Positions 39,883-51,559 of a stretch of 64,000 bases of DNA are shown here, in pieces. Source of the stretch: Pseudomonadota bacterium (GTDB lineage Bacteria; Pseudomonadota; Gammaproteobacteria; JAJDOJ01); the NCBI GenBank assembly GCA_034722015.1, contig JAYENI010000088.1, positions 30,574 to 94,573 on the forward strand, written 5' to 3'. Positions within the stretch are counted from its first letter, which is position 1. Each line of letters starts with the position of its first letter. Made by a program: the position numbers and the translations under genes. The notes under the pieces are model-generated. The model searched no databases and was not told the DNA's origin. It was given only the letters and a program-made list of their open reading frames with translations.

Positions 39883-40386
39883 TTGCCGACGGAGCCGCTG
39901 GTGCTCGGCCAGGTTTCGGGCCTGTACGGGGTGCATGGTTGGGTCAAGATCCATTCATACACCCAACCAAGAGAAGGTATTACGCAGTACGATTCGTGGC
40001 TGCTACGCGAAAATGACGGGTGGCGTCGATATCGGGTGCTATCCGGAAGGCCGCAAGGCCGAACCGTGGTGGCCAGGCTGGATGGCATCGACGATCGCGA
40101 TCAGGCGGCCGGGGTGGTAGGGCTGCGGATTGCAATTGAACGCGATCAGCTTTCTCCGCTCGAGGACGGGGAGTACTACTGGGACCAGTTGATCGGCCTG
40201 CATGTCGTGAACTTGCGTGGGGAGTCCCTGGGCGAGGTGCGGCACATGATGCAGACCGGTGCCAACGACGTCATGGTCGTGCAGGGAGAACGCGAAAGAT
40301 TGATTCCCTGGGTGCGTGGTTCAGTGGTGAAGTCGGTCGACGTGGGTTTGGGGACGATCCATGTGGATTGGGGTGCCGACTATTAG
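39883..40386 (+). CDS. rimM: 16S rRNA processing protein RimM
   Basis: LGQVSGLYGVHGWVKI PRC-barrel protein, operon position. Confidence 0.9.
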   Translation: MPTEPLVLGQVSGLYGVHGWVKIHSYTQPREGITQYDSWLLRENDGWRRYRVLSGRPQGRTVVARLDGIDDRDQAAGVVGLRIAIERDQLSPLEDGEYYWDQLIGLHVVNLRGESLGEVRHMMQTGANDVMVVQGERERLIPWVRGSVVKSVDVGLGTIHVDWGADY

Positions 40387-40400
40387 CGTGGGGGGGCACC

Positions 40401-41195
40401 TTGCGCGTTGACGTACTCACCCTGTTCCCGGAGTTCGTGGCTCAGGTGCTCGGTTACGGCGTCACGGCGCGTGCCGTCGAGCGTGGGTTGATCGAAGTGC
40501 ATACGCACAATCCCCGGGAGTATGCAACGGATCGGCACCGGAGCGTGGATGACCGGCCTTTCGGCGGCGGACCGGGAATGGTGATGACCGTCGAACCCCT
40601 GCGGACCTGTATTCGGGCCGTCAGGAAGGAGATCCGCGCTGAAGCGCGGACTGTGTTTCTGAGTCCTCAGGGCAAGCCGCTCGACCAGGACACGGTCAAC
40701 ACGTGGGCCAGGTTCCCCGGATTGGTGCTGGTGGCCGGGCGCTACGAAGGCGTTGACGAACGTTTCATTGAAACTGAGATCGACGACGAGTGTTCCATCG
40801 GCGACTATGTGCTGAGTGGCGGGGAACTCGCGGCCATGGTAATCGTTGACGCGCTGGCCCGATTGTTGCCGGGTGCCTTAGGTCACGCCGATTCCGCACG
40901 GGAAGACTCGTTTATGGAAGGACTGCTCGATTGTCCTCACTATTCCCGTCCGGCTTCGGTCGACGGGCTTGGCGTGCCGCAGGTTCTGTTAAGTGGCGAT
41001 CATGAGGCGATCCGGCGCTGGCGATTGAAACAGTCGCTCGGACGGACATGTGTCAGGCGCCCCGAGTTGCTGGCGCGTCGGCGCCTTGACGAAGTTGAAA
41101 GGGCCTTGCTGGACGAATATCTGAACGAACAGGGGATAGACGCAGGATCCTGTTCCGACGTAGTGGATAGTGTACGAGGGAAAACTCATGGGTAA
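40401..41195 (+). CDS. trmD: tRNA (guanine37-N1)-methyltransferase
   Basis: [10 protein letters not shown]..., SPQG...., [21 protein letters not shown]; start probably TTG at 40401 (the track shows TTG starts as M). Confidence 0.9.
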   Translation: MRVDVLTLFPEFVAQVLGYGVTARAVERGLIEVHTHNPREYATDRHRSVDDRPFGGGPGMVMTVEPLRTCIRAVRKEIRAEARTVFLSPQGKPLDQDTVNTWARFPGLVLVAGRYEGVDERFIETEIDDECSIGDYVLSGGELAAMVIVDALARLLPGALGHADSAREDSFMEGLLDCPHYSRPASVDGLGVPQVLLSGDHEAIRRWRLKQSLGRTCVRRPELLARRRLDEVERALLDEYLNEQGIDAGSCSDVVDSVRGKTHG

Positions 41196-41535
41196 CGTCA
41201 TTGACGAACTGGAATCGGAACAGCTGAAATCCGATATTACGGAATTCGCGCCGGGTGACACGGTCGTGGTGCAGGTAAAGGTTTCCGAAGGCGGTCGTGT
41301 GCGGCTGCAGGCCTTCGAGGGTGTGGTGATCGGCAAGCGTAACCGGGGGCTGAATTCCTCGTTTACCGTGCGCAAGATATCTCACGGCGAGGGTGTCGAG
41401 CGCGTGTTTCAGACCCACAGTCCGCTTGTCGCGGGCATCACAGTAAAACGCCGCGGCAATGTGCGCCGGGCCAAGCTGTACTATCTTCGAGGCCGGACAG
41501 GCAAGGCTGCCAGAATCAAGGAAAAGCTCGGCTGA
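41188..41535 (+). CDS. rplS: 50S ribosomal protein L19
   Basis: [41 protein letters not shown]. Confidence 0.95.
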   Translation: MGNVIDELESEQLKSDITEFAPGDTVVVQVKVSEGGRVRLQAFEGVVIGKRNRGLNSSFTVRKISHGEGVERVFQTHSPLVAGITVKRRGNVRRAKLYYLRGRTGKAARIKEKLG

Positions 41536-41878
41536 TGATACTCGGCCGGCACGATGCCACGCGGGTGTCCGGATTCTGGTGTGAAAACGGTTGATTCGCA
41601 CGCCCCGGCCCCTGATCGACAGGGTTTCAGTGCTTCGCCGCCGGTCTTTTTGACGGTTGCGTTCCCGCGGCGGGATATGGGTATCAGCTCGAAGTGCTGC
41701 ATGCGTTATCGCACGTCGGTTGTTCATGCATGGCGCCGCCCTGGTCCGGGTTTCAGGAGAGCGCGTTTGCCGGCGTGAATGAGACCGGCGGGCCGGTTCG
41801 ATCCCGTCCCGGTTGCCTCAGGCCTCAAATACCTCCCCTTCATACGTACGACCAACTGTACGCTTGCGATTCTTTTCG

Positions 41879-42607
41879 ATGAAGATTCACTATCTGATGC
41901 ACGTACCCTTCGAGGGATTGGGGGGAATTGAGCCGTGTCTGGTCGGGCGCGGATTCGCACTTTCCAGAACGCGTCTGTTTGCGGCGCAGCGATTGCCCGA
42001 ACCGGGGTCGGTCGATGGATTGATCGTCATGGGCGGACCCATGTCTGTCGGCGATGCCGGTCCGTACTCGTGGTTGCTGGAGGAAAAACGCTTTATCGCA
42101 AAGGTGCTGCATAGCGGGAAACCGGTTCTCGGCATCTGTCTGGGGGCGCAGCTTCTGGCGGATGTCCTCGGAGTGCGGGTCTATCGAAATCGCGAAAAGG
42201 AAATCGGCTGGTTTCCCGTCGCGTTGACTCCCGACGGCAGGTCGAGCCCGTTTTTCCGGGGCTTTCCCCCGGAATTCGATGCGTTTCACTGGCACGGAGA
42301 CACGTTCGATATCCCCGCCGGCGCCTTCGGAATCGGTTTCAGCGAAGCCTGTGACAATCAGGGATTTGTGCTGGACAATGCAGTCGCATTGCAGTTTCAT
42401 CTCGAGTCGCAGCCCTCCGGCGTCATGGATCTTTGCTCGGAATGCGCGGACGAACTCGTTCCGGCGCCCTTTGTGCAGACTCCCGAGAAGATGCTCGTCG
42501 ATCCCGGTCGCTTTTCGACACTTCAGGATCTGAATCGCACCCTGCTCGGGAACCTGTTCGTCCCGGACGATCCGGTGATCGGTGATATCCCCCGGGAGGC
42601 TACCTGA
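41879..42607 (+). CDS. class-I glutamine amidotransferase (GMP-synthase-like GATase1 domain protein)
   Basis: GICLGAQLL catalytic Cys motif and a His/Glu region (FHWHGD); 242 aa. Confidence 0.75.
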   Translation: MKIHYLMHVPFEGLGGIEPCLVGRGFALSRTRLFAAQRLPEPGSVDGLIVMGGPMSVGDAGPYSWLLEEKRFIAKVLHSGKPVLGICLGAQLLADVLGVRVYRNREKEIGWFPVALTPDGRSSPFFRGFPPEFDAFHWHGDTFDIPAGAFGIGFSEACDNQGFVLDNAVALQFHLESQPSGVMDLCSECADELVPAPFVQTPEKMLVDPGRFSTLQDLNRTLLGNLFVPDDPVIGDIPREAT

Positions 42608-42698
42608 TTTACCGGTTCGCGTTGCGGAACCACTTGAGAATCGGCGGTTTCATCCCCATTTTCCCCATTCGATACCAGCACCTGCGGAGCATCAAGGC

Positions 42699-44624
42699 AT
42701 GATAGTAGCAACACAGAAGGAAACGCTTCAATTCCAGACTGAAGTGACTGAGTTACTTCACCTGATGATTCATTCCCTGTATTCCAACCGCGAGATCTTT
42801 CTGCGCGAGTTGATCTCCAATGCCTCGGATGCCTGCGACAAGCTGCGTTTCGAGGCGATCTCGGACGAAGCGCTGTTTGAGCAGGATACGGACCTGAAGA
42901 TCGAGGTTGAATTCGACAAGGACAAGCGCACTGTGACCATTCGCGACAACGGGATTGGTATGTCCCGTGATGAGGTGGTCAGCAACATCGGCACAATCGC
43001 CAAGTCCGGCACTCGCGAATTCTTTGAGTCCCTGACCGGTGACCAGGCGAAGGACGCCGGGCTGATCGGGCAGTTCGGCGTCGGTTTTTATTCCGCGTTT
43101 ATCGTCTCGGACAAGGTCAGTCTCGTAACCCGTCGGGCGGGAATGGGTCCCGAACACGGGGTGCGCTGGGAGTCTGACGGAAAAGGCAGTTTCGAGATCG
43201 AGAACGTCGAAACCGAAGCCCGGGGTACGGAGGTCACCCTGTGGTTTAAGGAGGAAGAGGCGGAATTTGCGGACAGCTGGCGTCTGAGATCGATTATCCA
43301 CAAATACTCGGATCACATTCCGCTTCCCGTGCGAATGCTGAAGGAGCAGGGGGATGGGGAAGAAGCTTCCGGGGATCAGAAAGAGGCGCAATGGGAGACT
43401 ATTAACAAGGCCTCGGCGCTGTGGTCGCGACCGAAATCCGATATCAGCGAGGAAGAATACAAGGAATTTTACAAACACGTCGGACATGATTTTCAGGACC
43501 CTCTGGCCTGGACCCATAACAGGGTAGAAGGCACGCAGGAGTACACGACGTTGCTCTATATTCCCTCCAAGGCACCTTTCGATATGTTCGACAGGGAGCA
43601 TATGCACGGCGTCAAGCTGTATGTGAAGCGGGTCTTCATCATGGATGATGCCGAGCAATTGTTGCCAAAGTATCTTCGTTTTGTCCGCGGCGTCGTCGAC
43701 TCCAGCGATCTGCCGCTCAACGTTTCACGCGAGATCCTGCAGAGCAACAAGGTTATCGACAACATTCGCGGAGGGGCCGTCAAGAAGATCCTCGGGCTGC
43801 TGGGGGACATGGCGGGCAAGGAACCGGAAAAGTATGTGACGTTCTGGTCGGAATTCGGCAAGGTCATGAAGGAAGGGCCGGCCGAGGACTTTGCCAATCG
43901 CGAACAGATCGCCGGACTGTTGCGTTTCTCTTCCAGTCATGACGATAAAGAGACGCAGGCAGTGTCCCTGGACGACTACATCGATCGCATGAAGGAGGGA
44001 CAGGAGAAGATCTACTACGTGACCGCCGACAGTTTCGCCGCCGCGAAGAGCAGTCCCCACCTGGAGATCTTTCGCAAAAAGGGTATTGAGGTGCTGTTGA
44101 TGCACGATCGGGTCGACGAGTGGCTGGCCGGCAATCTGAACGAATACAAGGGCAAGTCGTTGCAGTCCGTCGCGAAAGGTGAACTCGATCTTGGCGATGT
44201 GGAGTCGGAGGACGACAAGAAGGAGTACGAGAAGGTCGAGAAGGACGCGGAAGAGGTTGTTGGACGCATCAAGAATGCCCTCGGGGACCGCGTTGATGAG
44301 GTGCGGGTATCACACCGGTTGACCCGTTCTCCCGCGTGCATCGTGTTGAACGAGCACGATATGGCAATGTACATGCAGCACCTGCTCAAGCAGGCGGGCC
44401 ATGAGATGCCCGCGAGTCGACCGTCACTGGAGATCAACCCGACCCACCCGCTGCTCGGGCGTATGGGGGAGGAGTCGGATGACGAACGGTTCGGGGACTG
44501 GTCTACGATGCTGTTCGAACAGGCCGTTCTGGCGGAAGGCGGGCAGCTGGAGGATCCCGCTGGTTTCGTGACGCGGCTCAATGCCCTGATGATGGATATG
44601 GCCTCGAATCCCGCAACGGACTGA
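42699..44624 (+). CDS. htpG: molecular chaperone HtpG (Hsp90)
   Basis: [44 protein letters not shown]-terminal ATPase signature; 641 aa. Confidence 0.97.
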   Translation: MIVATQKETLQFQTEVTELLHLMIHSLYSNREIFLRELISNASDACDKLRFEAISDEALFEQDTDLKIEVEFDKDKRTVTIRDNGIGMSRDEVVSNIGTIAKSGTREFFESLTGDQAKDAGLIGQFGVGFYSAFIVSDKVSLVTRRAGMGPEHGVRWESDGKGSFEIENVETEARGTEVTLWFKEEEAEFADSWRLRSIIHKYSDHIPLPVRMLKEQGDGEEASGDQKEAQWETINKASALWSRPKSDISEEEYKEFYKHVGHDFQDPLAWTHNRVEGTQEYTTLLYIPSKAPFDMFDREHMHGVKLYVKRVFIMDDAEQLLPKYLRFVRGVVDSSDLPLNVSREILQSNKVIDNIRGGAVKKILGLLGDMAGKEPEKYVTFWSEFGKVMKEGPAEDFANREQIAGLLRFSSSHDDKETQAVSLDDYIDRMKEGQEKIYYVTADSFAAAKSSPHLEIFRKKGIEVLLMHDRVDEWLAGNLNEYKGKSLQSVAKGELDLGDVESEDDKKEYEKVEKDAEEVVGRIKNALGDRVDEVRVSHRLTRSPACIVLNEHDMAMYMQHLLKQAGHEMPASRPSLEINPTHPLLGRMGEESDDERFGDWSTMLFEQAVLAEGGQLEDPAGFVTRLNALMMDMASNPATD

Positions 44625-44680
44625 GCGAAGCCGCCAAGGCCGGGTTGCCCTTCAACCTGTGAAGCGGGCCTTTCGCCGGA

Positions 44681-45082
44681 ATGCGTAAATGCGACACAGA
44701 TGACGATGCCATTCGCCTGGACAAGTGGCTCTGGGCGGCTCGCCTGTTCAAGACGAGAGGACTTGCAACACAGGCGATCGGAGGCGGGAAAGTGCATGTC
44801 AATGGTGAGCGGGTGAAAGCCGGCAGACGGGTGAGGTCCGGGGACACCCTCGAAGTGACACGTGGCAATGAGCGGATGACCGTCGTCATTCGGGGGATCG
44901 CCATGCGAAGGCGATCCGCGCCGGAGACTGTAGGTTTGTACGAGGAAACCGCCGAAAGCCGGGAGCGCCGGGAACGGGAGCAAGAGGCGAGGAGACTCGC
45001 CAGTGTTGCCGTGCAGAGACCGAATCGGCGGCCGGATAAACGTGAGAGGAAGTCGTTACGCAGGTTAGGCGGGAAGGATTGA
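44681..45082 (+). CDS. hslR: ribosome-associated heat shock protein Hsp15 (S4 domain)
   Basis: [37 protein letters not shown]4 RNA-binding motif and a basic C-terminal tail; follows htpG. Confidence 0.85.
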   Translation: MRKCDTDDDAIRLDKWLWAARLFKTRGLATQAIGGGKVHVNGERVKAGRRVRSGDTLEVTRGNERMTVVIRGIAMRRRSAPETVGLYEETAESRERREREQEARRLASVAVQRPNRRPDKRERKSLRRLGGKD

Positions 45083-45525
45083 TCGTGGCGCGTCCGGAAA
45101 CTCCGCTGCTGGCCGTGGATGTCGTTATTCGTGTGACGATCCCCGATGGGAAGCGCCGTATCGTACTCATCGAGCGCAGAAATCCGCCGTACGGATGGGC
45201 CTTGCCTGGGGGGTTCGTCGACATCGGGGAAACCCTGGAGTCGGCAGCCGTACGGGAAATGAGGGAGGAGACGAGCCTTGATGTAACGCTCGAGGCACTC
45301 CTGGGTTGCTATTCTGACCCCTCCCGCGACACCAGGGGGCACACGGTGAGTGCGGTCTACGTCGGCTCCGCGGAAGGTACGCCGATGGCCGCGGACGATG
45401 CGAAGGCGATTCGTGTCGTGGACCCGGAGAGTCCGGGTGTCGAACTAGCTTTCGATCACCACCTGATTCTGGGAGATTACCTCACATGGTCCAGTTCCGG
45501 CCGAGCGGCGCCCCTCAGGCCCTGA
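45079..45525 (+). CDS. NUDIX hydrolase
   Basis: Nudix box [24 protein letters not shown]; TTG/GTG start overlapping the hslR stop. Confidence 0.7.
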   Translation: MIVARPETPLLAVDVVIRVTIPDGKRRIVLIERRNPPYGWALPGGFVDIGETLESAAVREMREETSLDVTLEALLGCYSDPSRDTRGHTVSAVYVGSAEGTPMAADDAKAIRVVDPESPGVELAFDHHLILGDYLTWSSSGRAAPLRP

Positions 45526-45526
45526 G

Positions 45527-46534
45527 CTACACACCGTAGTAGTCCCGGTACCATTCGACGAATCTCCGAACGCCCGTTTCTACCGGCGTTCTCGGTTTGT
45601 AGCCGACATCGTGAACCAGATCCGAAACATCGGCATAGGTGTCTGGTACGTCGCCGGGCTGGAGCGGAAGCAGGTTTTGCACGGCCTTGCTCCCCAGACA
45701 ATCCTCCAGCACCTCAATGTAGTGCCTCAATTCCACGGGCTGGTTGTTGCCGATGTTGTACAGTCGCCACGGAGCCATACTGGTGGCGGAATCGGGCGCG
45801 TCACCGTTCCAGTCGGGGTTGGGCTCGGGGATCGAATCCAGGGTTCGAATAACACCCTCGACGATATCGTCTATATAGGTAAAGTCCCTGCGGTGGTTCC
45901 CGTAGTTGAAGACATCGATGGGTTCACCAGCGAGGATCCTGGCGGTAAACAGGAACAGCGCCATGTCCGGTCGGCCCCAGGGTCCGTAGACGGTAAAGAA
46001 CCTCAGTCCAGTGGTCGGAATTCGGTAAAGGTGGCTGTATACGTGCGCCATCAGCTCATTGGCCTTCTTGCTCGCGGCATACAGGCTGAGGGGATGATCT
46101 ACGTTGTCGTGAACGGAAAACGGCATGTGCGTGTTGGCGCCGTAGACCGAACTGCTCGAGGCATAGACCAGGTGCTCCACCTGGTGGTTTCGGCAGCCTT
46201 CGAGCACGTGGAGGAAGCCAACCAGGTTGCTGTCCACGTAAGCGTGCGGATTTTCGATTGAATATCGGACACCCGCCTGAGCGGCCAGGTTGACCACACG
46301 CTGCGGCTCATGGGCCGTGAACACCCGCTCGATGGCTGTGCGGTCCTCCAGGCTGGCGCGGACGTCGGTAAACGTCTCGTAGGCCCGGGTGCGCTCTAGT
46401 CGGGCCTCCTTGATTCGAATATCGTAGTAGTCGTTGAGATTGTCGATTCCAACAACCTCGTCCCCGCGCTCCAGGAGCCTGAGGGACAGTGCCGAACCGA
46501 TGAAACCCGCAGATCCCGTCACAAGTACCTTCAT
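45527..46534 (-). CDS. NAD-dependent epimerase, UDP-glucuronate 4-epimerase-like (extended SDR)
   Basis: [16 protein letters not shown] Rossmann motif, YAASK catalytic motif, about 335 aa, similar to the Cap1J/LpsL/WbpP group. Confidence 0.8.
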   Translation of the reverse strand: MKVLVTGSAGFIGSALSLRLLERGDEVVGIDNLNDYYDIRIKEARLERTRAYETFTDVRASLEDRTAIERVFTAHEPQRVVNLAAQAGVRYSIENPHAYVDSNLVGFLHVLEGCRNHQVEHLVYASSSSVYGANTHMPFSVHDNVDHPLSLYAASKKANELMAHVYSHLYRIPTTGLRFFTVYGPWGRPDMALFLFTARILAGEPIDVFNYGNHRRDFTYIDDIVEGVIRTLDSIPEPNPDWNGDAPDSATSMAPWRLYNIGNNQPVELRHYIEVLEDCLGSKAVQNLLPLQPGDVPDTYADVSDLVHDVGYKPRTPVETGVRRFVEWYRDYYGV

Positions 46535-46950
46535 ATCCGCTCCCTGTTGCAATTGTCGGTTATTCACGCCAGCGTACAGGCGGGTGGCTATCGTACCAAA
46601 CCGGGTGGTTTCGGGTTCGGAGCTCGGGTACTAGAGTAGGGTGCCAGGGGGCAGAGTCTCGGGTACTGGGGGCAGAGTGTGGCGACAAACTGACGGACTG
46701 ATGCGTCGCAGCCACAATTGTGAGAAGATACGGGGAAACGAGAAATGGGAGTCTCGGCAACTCCCTGGCCGGGGCTAGAATCGAAGAACCCGAGTGATTC
46801 CAAAAGGTTAGTTTCACCAGGCGCCATTGTGAAAGTGCCCGGGACTCAAGGTTCCCGACGCGCTGCCACGATTGATCGATGTCACGCGATTTTGTCGACC
46901 TGGTGCGCATTAGTTAAGGTTGCGAGTGGTAAACTTGCCGATATTTCTGT

Positions 46951-48312
46951 ATGAGAAATAATGCCCGGGGCCGGAAATTGCGCACGATATGGTCCACACG
47001 GTTCATGAACAGCAGGGAACAAAGTATGGGTATTCTCAGTTTATTGCAGAGCAGTCGCGGAGAAGCTTACGGGGTCGCAGGTATTTCAATTCCTGACCGG
47101 TTGAAGAATCTGGCTCCTGCTTCCCTTGCGGCCACGCTAATCACCGTTCTTGCTCCTTCGCTGGTCTGGGCGGAGGCTTGGGAACTCGAACCCGAGTTCA
47201 GTATTGGTGGTAATTACAACACCAATTTCCGGCTGTCGACGACGGATCCCGACGAAGTCGGGACCGGGCGAGTCGCCGGTGCGCTCAAGTTCAGCCGTCT
47301 CACCGAGTCCTTCGAGCTTGCGGGACTTGCGCGACTGGATTTCGTCGGTTTCGTCGGGGATACCGACAGACTGTCCAACACGGGCAATCAGTTGTTCGGG
47401 TTCGAGTCGAAGAAAAAATTCGAACGCTCCAATATCGGTCTTGACGCGTTGTGGAAGCGTGACACGGTACTCAGGAGCATCAGGGTGGTGGGAGACCCCG
47501 ACAACCCGGCCATTGAGCCTGACCAGTCGGTTGACGACAACATCGTGAACGAGAACATTCGTCGCAACGCGATCGATGTTCGCCTCCCGTACAAGTATGA
47601 TCTCACGGAACGAGATAGATTGGGCGCGAGGTTGCGGTTTAATACTACCCTCTATGAGGAGAACGATTTTCTGGATGATTACCGGCAAGGTTCGCTGAGG
47701 CTCGATTACAACCACGAACTGACGGAAAAGGACAATATTATCGCCCTGTTCCAGACATCGCGATTCGACTCCGACAGCGGGCGCACGACGGATAACTACG
47801 AACTGCAGGCCGGATACCGGTACGCCTTTTCGGAGACGACGAGCGCCGGATTTACCGCGGGCGGGCGCTATACGGTCTTCGACAACCCCGGTTCCGGGGA
47901 TGACGGCACCAATACAGGTTTTGTGGCCCGGTTGCAGGCCTCGAAGATTACGGGTAAGGCGCGGTACGATGTCAGGCTTGAGAGAAACCTCTCCCCCAGT
48001 GGTGTTGGCGATCTGGTAGAGACCGATGAACTGAACGCCAACATGAGCTACCAGCTCCAAGAGAGATGGACTTTCGCGATTAGGTCACGATTGTTCGAGA
48101 ACGAAAATATCGACAACCCCGAGTCGGGCAGCAACCGGCGGTTCTTTTCGCTGCTTCCCGTTTTGTCGTATCGGTTTACGCCAGACTGGCGCGTGGAAAC
48201 GGCCTATCGGTATCTGAGACAGAAGCGGTTCAGCGAACCGACCAGCGCCGACAGCCACACGGTGTTCCTTAATGTGCGATGGACGAAAGTTACGCCGATC
48301 GATACGCTTTAA
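46951..48312 (+). CDS. outer-membrane beta-barrel protein, PEP-CTERM/EPS-locus-associated type (TIGR03016-like)
   Basis: Signal peptide (AATLITVLAPSLVWA), alternating beta-strand pattern, aromatic-rich C-terminus; the first gene of the polysaccharide locus; exact start uncertain (46951 to 47026). Confidence 0.55.
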   Translation: MRNNARGRKLRTIWSTRFMNSREQSMGILSLLQSSRGEAYGVAGISIPDRLKNLAPASLAATLITVLAPSLVWAEAWELEPEFSIGGNYNTNFRLSTTDPDEVGTGRVAGALKFSRLTESFELAGLARLDFVGFVGDTDRLSNTGNQLFGFESKKKFERSNIGLDALWKRDTVLRSIRVVGDPDNPAIEPDQSVDDNIVNENIRRNAIDVRLPYKYDLTERDRLGARLRFNTTLYEENDFLDDYRQGSLRLDYNHELTEKDNIIALFQTSRFDSDSGRTTDNYELQAGYRYAFSETTSAGFTAGGRYTVFDNPGSGDDGTNTGFVARLQASKITGKARYDVRLERNLSPSGVGDLVETDELNANMSYQLQERWTFAIRSRLFENENIDNPESGSNRRFFSLLPVLSYRFTPDWRVETAYRYLRQKRFSEPTSADSHTVFLNVRWTKVTPIDTL

Positions 48313-48475
48313 GCTGGACGCTGCCCCCCAGGGTGGAGTCAGTCGTTCGGGGGGCCAGCCCTCAGGACGTGTCTCGAAGGGATATGACATAACACCCGGA
48401 GGCATGGCTTTTGCCGATGGTTGGAAAAATTAGGTGACTCCTTACCATTTCTCGGGTGACGAACGCAGGTAACAA

Positions 48476-50248
48476 ATGGGAAAGCAGGATCGCCAGGCGG
48501 GGTACGAGTTACGAGAGTATGTCGGCATACTACGGCGCAGAAAGCGGGAAATTTTCCTGCCTGCCGCAGGCATACTTTTGCTGGCGGTGGTCGTAGCATT
48601 TATGTTGCCCGTCGTTTACCGGGCCCCGGTAACCATCCTGATCGAGAGCCAGGACGTCCCGGAGACCTTTGTCGCCGCGACAATGCGTGAAGAATTGTCG
48701 GAGCAGATGCAGAGTGCCATGTTGCGCGTGCTGGACCGGGACACGTTGCTTGGAATTGTCGAGTCCAACAATCTTTTCCTCGACGAGACAGACGAGCTGC
48801 TGCCGGCGCAACTGGCCGGGATGTTGCGCAAATCCATCGGGATGGAGATCGCACAGTTCCAGGCGGTGAAATCTGAAGATACCGCATCGGCCACGATGGC
48901 GATCCAGATCTACGCTGATCTCGATGAACCGGTCGCCGCGGCCGCTGTATCAAACGAAGTTGCGAGCCTGTTTCTCAGTGAAGACCGTGCCAAGCGCAAC
49001 GAGGAAGCGGAATCGGTCTATAATTTCCTGCAGGCCGAGGCCGAAAAGCTAAACACGGTCATTGAGGAACTGGAGCGGAAACTTGCGACTTTCAAGGTTG
49101 GAAACATCAACCAGCTTCCGGAACTCAAGGACTTCAACATGCGCCTCTATGAGCAGACAGGGAACAAACTGGAGCGCACGGAAGAGGAAATTCGTTCTCT
49201 GGAGGACAGAAAACTCAATCTGGAATCCCAGATGGCCGTCACGAATCCATACGGCACCCTGTACGCGGAGCCTGGCAAGACCCTGCTTTCCGGTCCGGAG
49301 CGTCTGCGCACTCTGCTGACCGAGTACCTCAGGGTATCTTCCCAATATACCCCCAATCACCCTGACGTCATCAAGCTTCGAAGGGAAATCAATTCACTGG
49401 AAGGCCAGGTGGGTGGCTCGAGCAGGGCGAGTAGCCTGGTCAACAAACTGACAGTGACGCGCGAGCAACTGTCCGAACTAAAACAGAAATACACCAGAGA
49501 ACATCCCGACATCGTGAAGCTGAACAACAGTATTCCTTTGCTTGAAAGGGAATTGCGGGAATTTACCGAGGCTCAGGGCATGGCTGGAGGCGGAGTGGCG
49601 AGCCCGACAAATCCTGCATATGTCTCGCTGAAAACACAGCTTGATACCATTAGTGCCAATCTCAGGGCGAAGTACGAACAGAAAACGAGTCTTCAGTCCA
49701 AGCTGAACGACTACGAGGAACGCCTCAGCCAGACGCCGATTGTCGAGCGGGAATATCTTTCGTTGAGCCGTGACTACGATAATGCGATGGGTAAATATAA
49801 GGAAATCAAGGACAAGCAGCTCGAAGCGCAATTGGCGCTGGGCCTTGAGGGTGACTCGAAAGCACAGCGATTGACCCTGGTTCGGAGGGCCAATGTGCCA
49901 ATAGCGCCGTACAGCCCAAATCGGCCGGCATTGTTTGCAATCGGATTGGTGCTGGGTCTGATTGTCGGAGTGGGCGTCGCGACTATCGCCGAATACAACG
50001 ACGAGACCGTCAGAGGCAAGCGGGGTGTTTTGGATGTCTTTGGTGCGCCTCCCCTGGCGACGATTCCCTACATTGAGAACAGTGTCGACGTCATAGCAAG
50101 GTCCAGACGAACCAGAATGATCCTGGTTGTTGCTGGAGTGGTTTTCACGGCGGTGCTTGCCTATGCCTACTACTTGTGGTCTTCACAGGCTGTCGTAGAA
50201 AAAGCGGATAGTACATCAGGGAATGCGTATAGTTCCCTGCGTGGCTAG
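48476..50248 (+). CDS. polysaccharide chain-length determinant / co-polymerase protein (Wzz-like, PEP-CTERM-locus subfamily-like) with a long coiled-coil periplasmic domain
   Basis: N-terminal TM after YELREYVGILRRRK, extensive coiled-coil, second TM near the C-terminus (LFAIGLVLGLIVGVGVATIA). Confidence 0.75.
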   Translation: MGKQDRQAGYELREYVGILRRRKREIFLPAAGILLLAVVVAFMLPVVYRAPVTILIESQDVPETFVAATMREELSEQMQSAMLRVLDRDTLLGIVESNNLFLDETDELLPAQLAGMLRKSIGMEIAQFQAVKSEDTASATMAIQIYADLDEPVAAAAVSNEVASLFLSEDRAKRNEEAESVYNFLQAEAEKLNTVIEELERKLATFKVGNINQLPELKDFNMRLYEQTGNKLERTEEEIRSLEDRKLNLESQMAVTNPYGTLYAEPGKTLLSGPERLRTLLTEYLRVSSQYTPNHPDVIKLRREINSLEGQVGGSSRASSLVNKLTVTREQLSELKQKYTREHPDIVKLNNSIPLLERELREFTEAQGMAGGGVASPTNPAYVSLKTQLDTISANLRAKYEQKTSLQSKLNDYEERLSQTPIVEREYLSLSRDYDNAMGKYKEIKDKQLEAQLALGLEGDSKAQRLTLVRRANVPIAPYSPNRPALFAIGLVLGLIVGVGVATIAEYNDETVRGKRGVLDVFGAPPLATIPYIENSVDVIARSRRTRMILVVAGVVFTAVLAYAYYLWSSQAVVEKADSTSGNAYSSLRG

Positions 50249-50553
50249 ATATCCATGAAAACAGCGCTTGTATAGCGACAAAACGACGAAAGAGGCATCC
50301 CTTTCTTTGGGGTGGATATAGGATTCTGGTACGTTCGGTGCGGTTGTGCCGGATTGAGGATGTTTGATGGCCATAGTGTCCACCGAATATGCAACTGTTT
50401 CGTCCCCGTGTATGACGTGATAGGAAAGACATAGGGCAGGATCGGCGGTAGCAATTGCGGGTGTAGCGCGTCCCGGTTTCAATAAACCTGTTGTGCAATT
50501 TATCAGGTTTATACTCGGTGGAATTGACGATCAAGGTGTAACTGGAAAGTATT

Positions 50554-51360
50554 ATGGACAGCATTTCAAAAGCAATGTCGCTCGCGAAGAGTAACATCAA
50601 GCGATCTCCAGTGGCGCTGAGAGAGGAAGAAGAAAAGAATATACGATACTCCAAGACCCGGAACTACAGCATTCGCGAAGATGTTCTAAAAGAGAATCGT
50701 TTGCTTAGCGAGTCCTCGGACAAGAGGGTCGTGGACGCATTCCGTTTGTTGCGAACACGTGTGATGAGTCGGATGCAGCAAAACCAGTGGAATACGCTTG
50801 GAATAACAAGCTGTAGGCCGAATGAGGGGAAATCCCTGACCGCGATCAATCTCGCGATAAGTATCGCGATGCGCCACAACTACACAGTCATGATGGTTGA
50901 CACTGATCTGAGACGACCCAGCATCCACTCGTTTTTTGGTATTACTCCGAAATACGGGCTCGCAGATTACCTTATCAGGGACGTGCCAATCGAAGAGGTC
51001 CTGGTTCACCCGGGGATTGAACGTTTTGTCATGCTCCCAAGTGGGGGATCTCTTGATGCGCAGTATCATTCTTCGGAGTATCTTGCTTCGCCGAAGATGG
51101 CGCAACTGGTCGACGAACTCAAGACGCGTTACCCCTCCCGGTTGGTTCTCTTCGATCTTCCTCCCATCCTGATTGGTGATGACGTCGTTGCGTTTTCCAC
51201 CTATCTGGACGCGATCATGCTGGTCGTCGAGGACGGAAAGACACGTGAGGGGGAACTGGCTCACGCGCTTGATCTTGTTTCCGAGGTAGAGGTCATCGGC
51301 ACTGTTCTTAACAAGTCGGATGAACTGACGCAGGATAATCACTACCAGGGTTATTACTAG
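50554..51360 (+). CDS. tyrosine-kinase-like P-loop ATPase of the CpsD/CapB/EpsG family (separate cytoplasmic partner of the Wzz-like protein)
   Basis: Degenerate Walker A (PNEGKSLTAINLAISIA), Walker A' (VMMVDTDLRRP), Walker B (LVLFDLPP); C-terminal Tyr-rich tail YQGYY. Confidence 0.7.
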   Translation: MDSISKAMSLAKSNIKRSPVALREEEEKNIRYSKTRNYSIREDVLKENRLLSESSDKRVVDAFRLLRTRVMSRMQQNQWNTLGITSCRPNEGKSLTAINLAISIAMRHNYTVMMVDTDLRRPSIHSFFGITPKYGLADYLIRDVPIEEVLVHPGIERFVMLPSGGSLDAQYHSSEYLASPKMAQLVDELKTRYPSRLVLFDLPPILIGDDVVAFSTYLDAIMLVVEDGKTREGELAHALDLVSEVEVIGTVLNKSDELTQDNHYQGYY

Positions 51361-51559
51361 TGTTGACCGTCCCCTTTCGGTACGCTCAACAGTAGCAGAA
51401 CCCTTGTACCTGGACATGGATCGATGTTCTGCAATCTGGAAGGAAGCAAGGACTCATGAATCACCGTATCCGGAAGGGATATGCGTGAGGCGCCATAGAC
51501 GAATTGACAGGGTCTAGCATTCCCCTTCCGCTCCGATCCCGAACACCCGGTAGAAAAAT

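Noticed and set aside
40368-40403. Track ORF start for trmD (and several other genes) printed as Met
   Set aside because: The codon at 40368 is TTG, so the track shows TTG/GTG starts as M. Starts were re-evaluated by homology rather than taken from the track.
41780-41805. GGTTCGATCCC motif that looks like a tRNA T-loop in the rplS-downstream spacer
   Set aside because: The flanking sequence does not form a T-stem or a 7-bp acceptor stem, and there is no anticodon arm at the correct spacing. This is most likely a chance match in GC-rich DNA.
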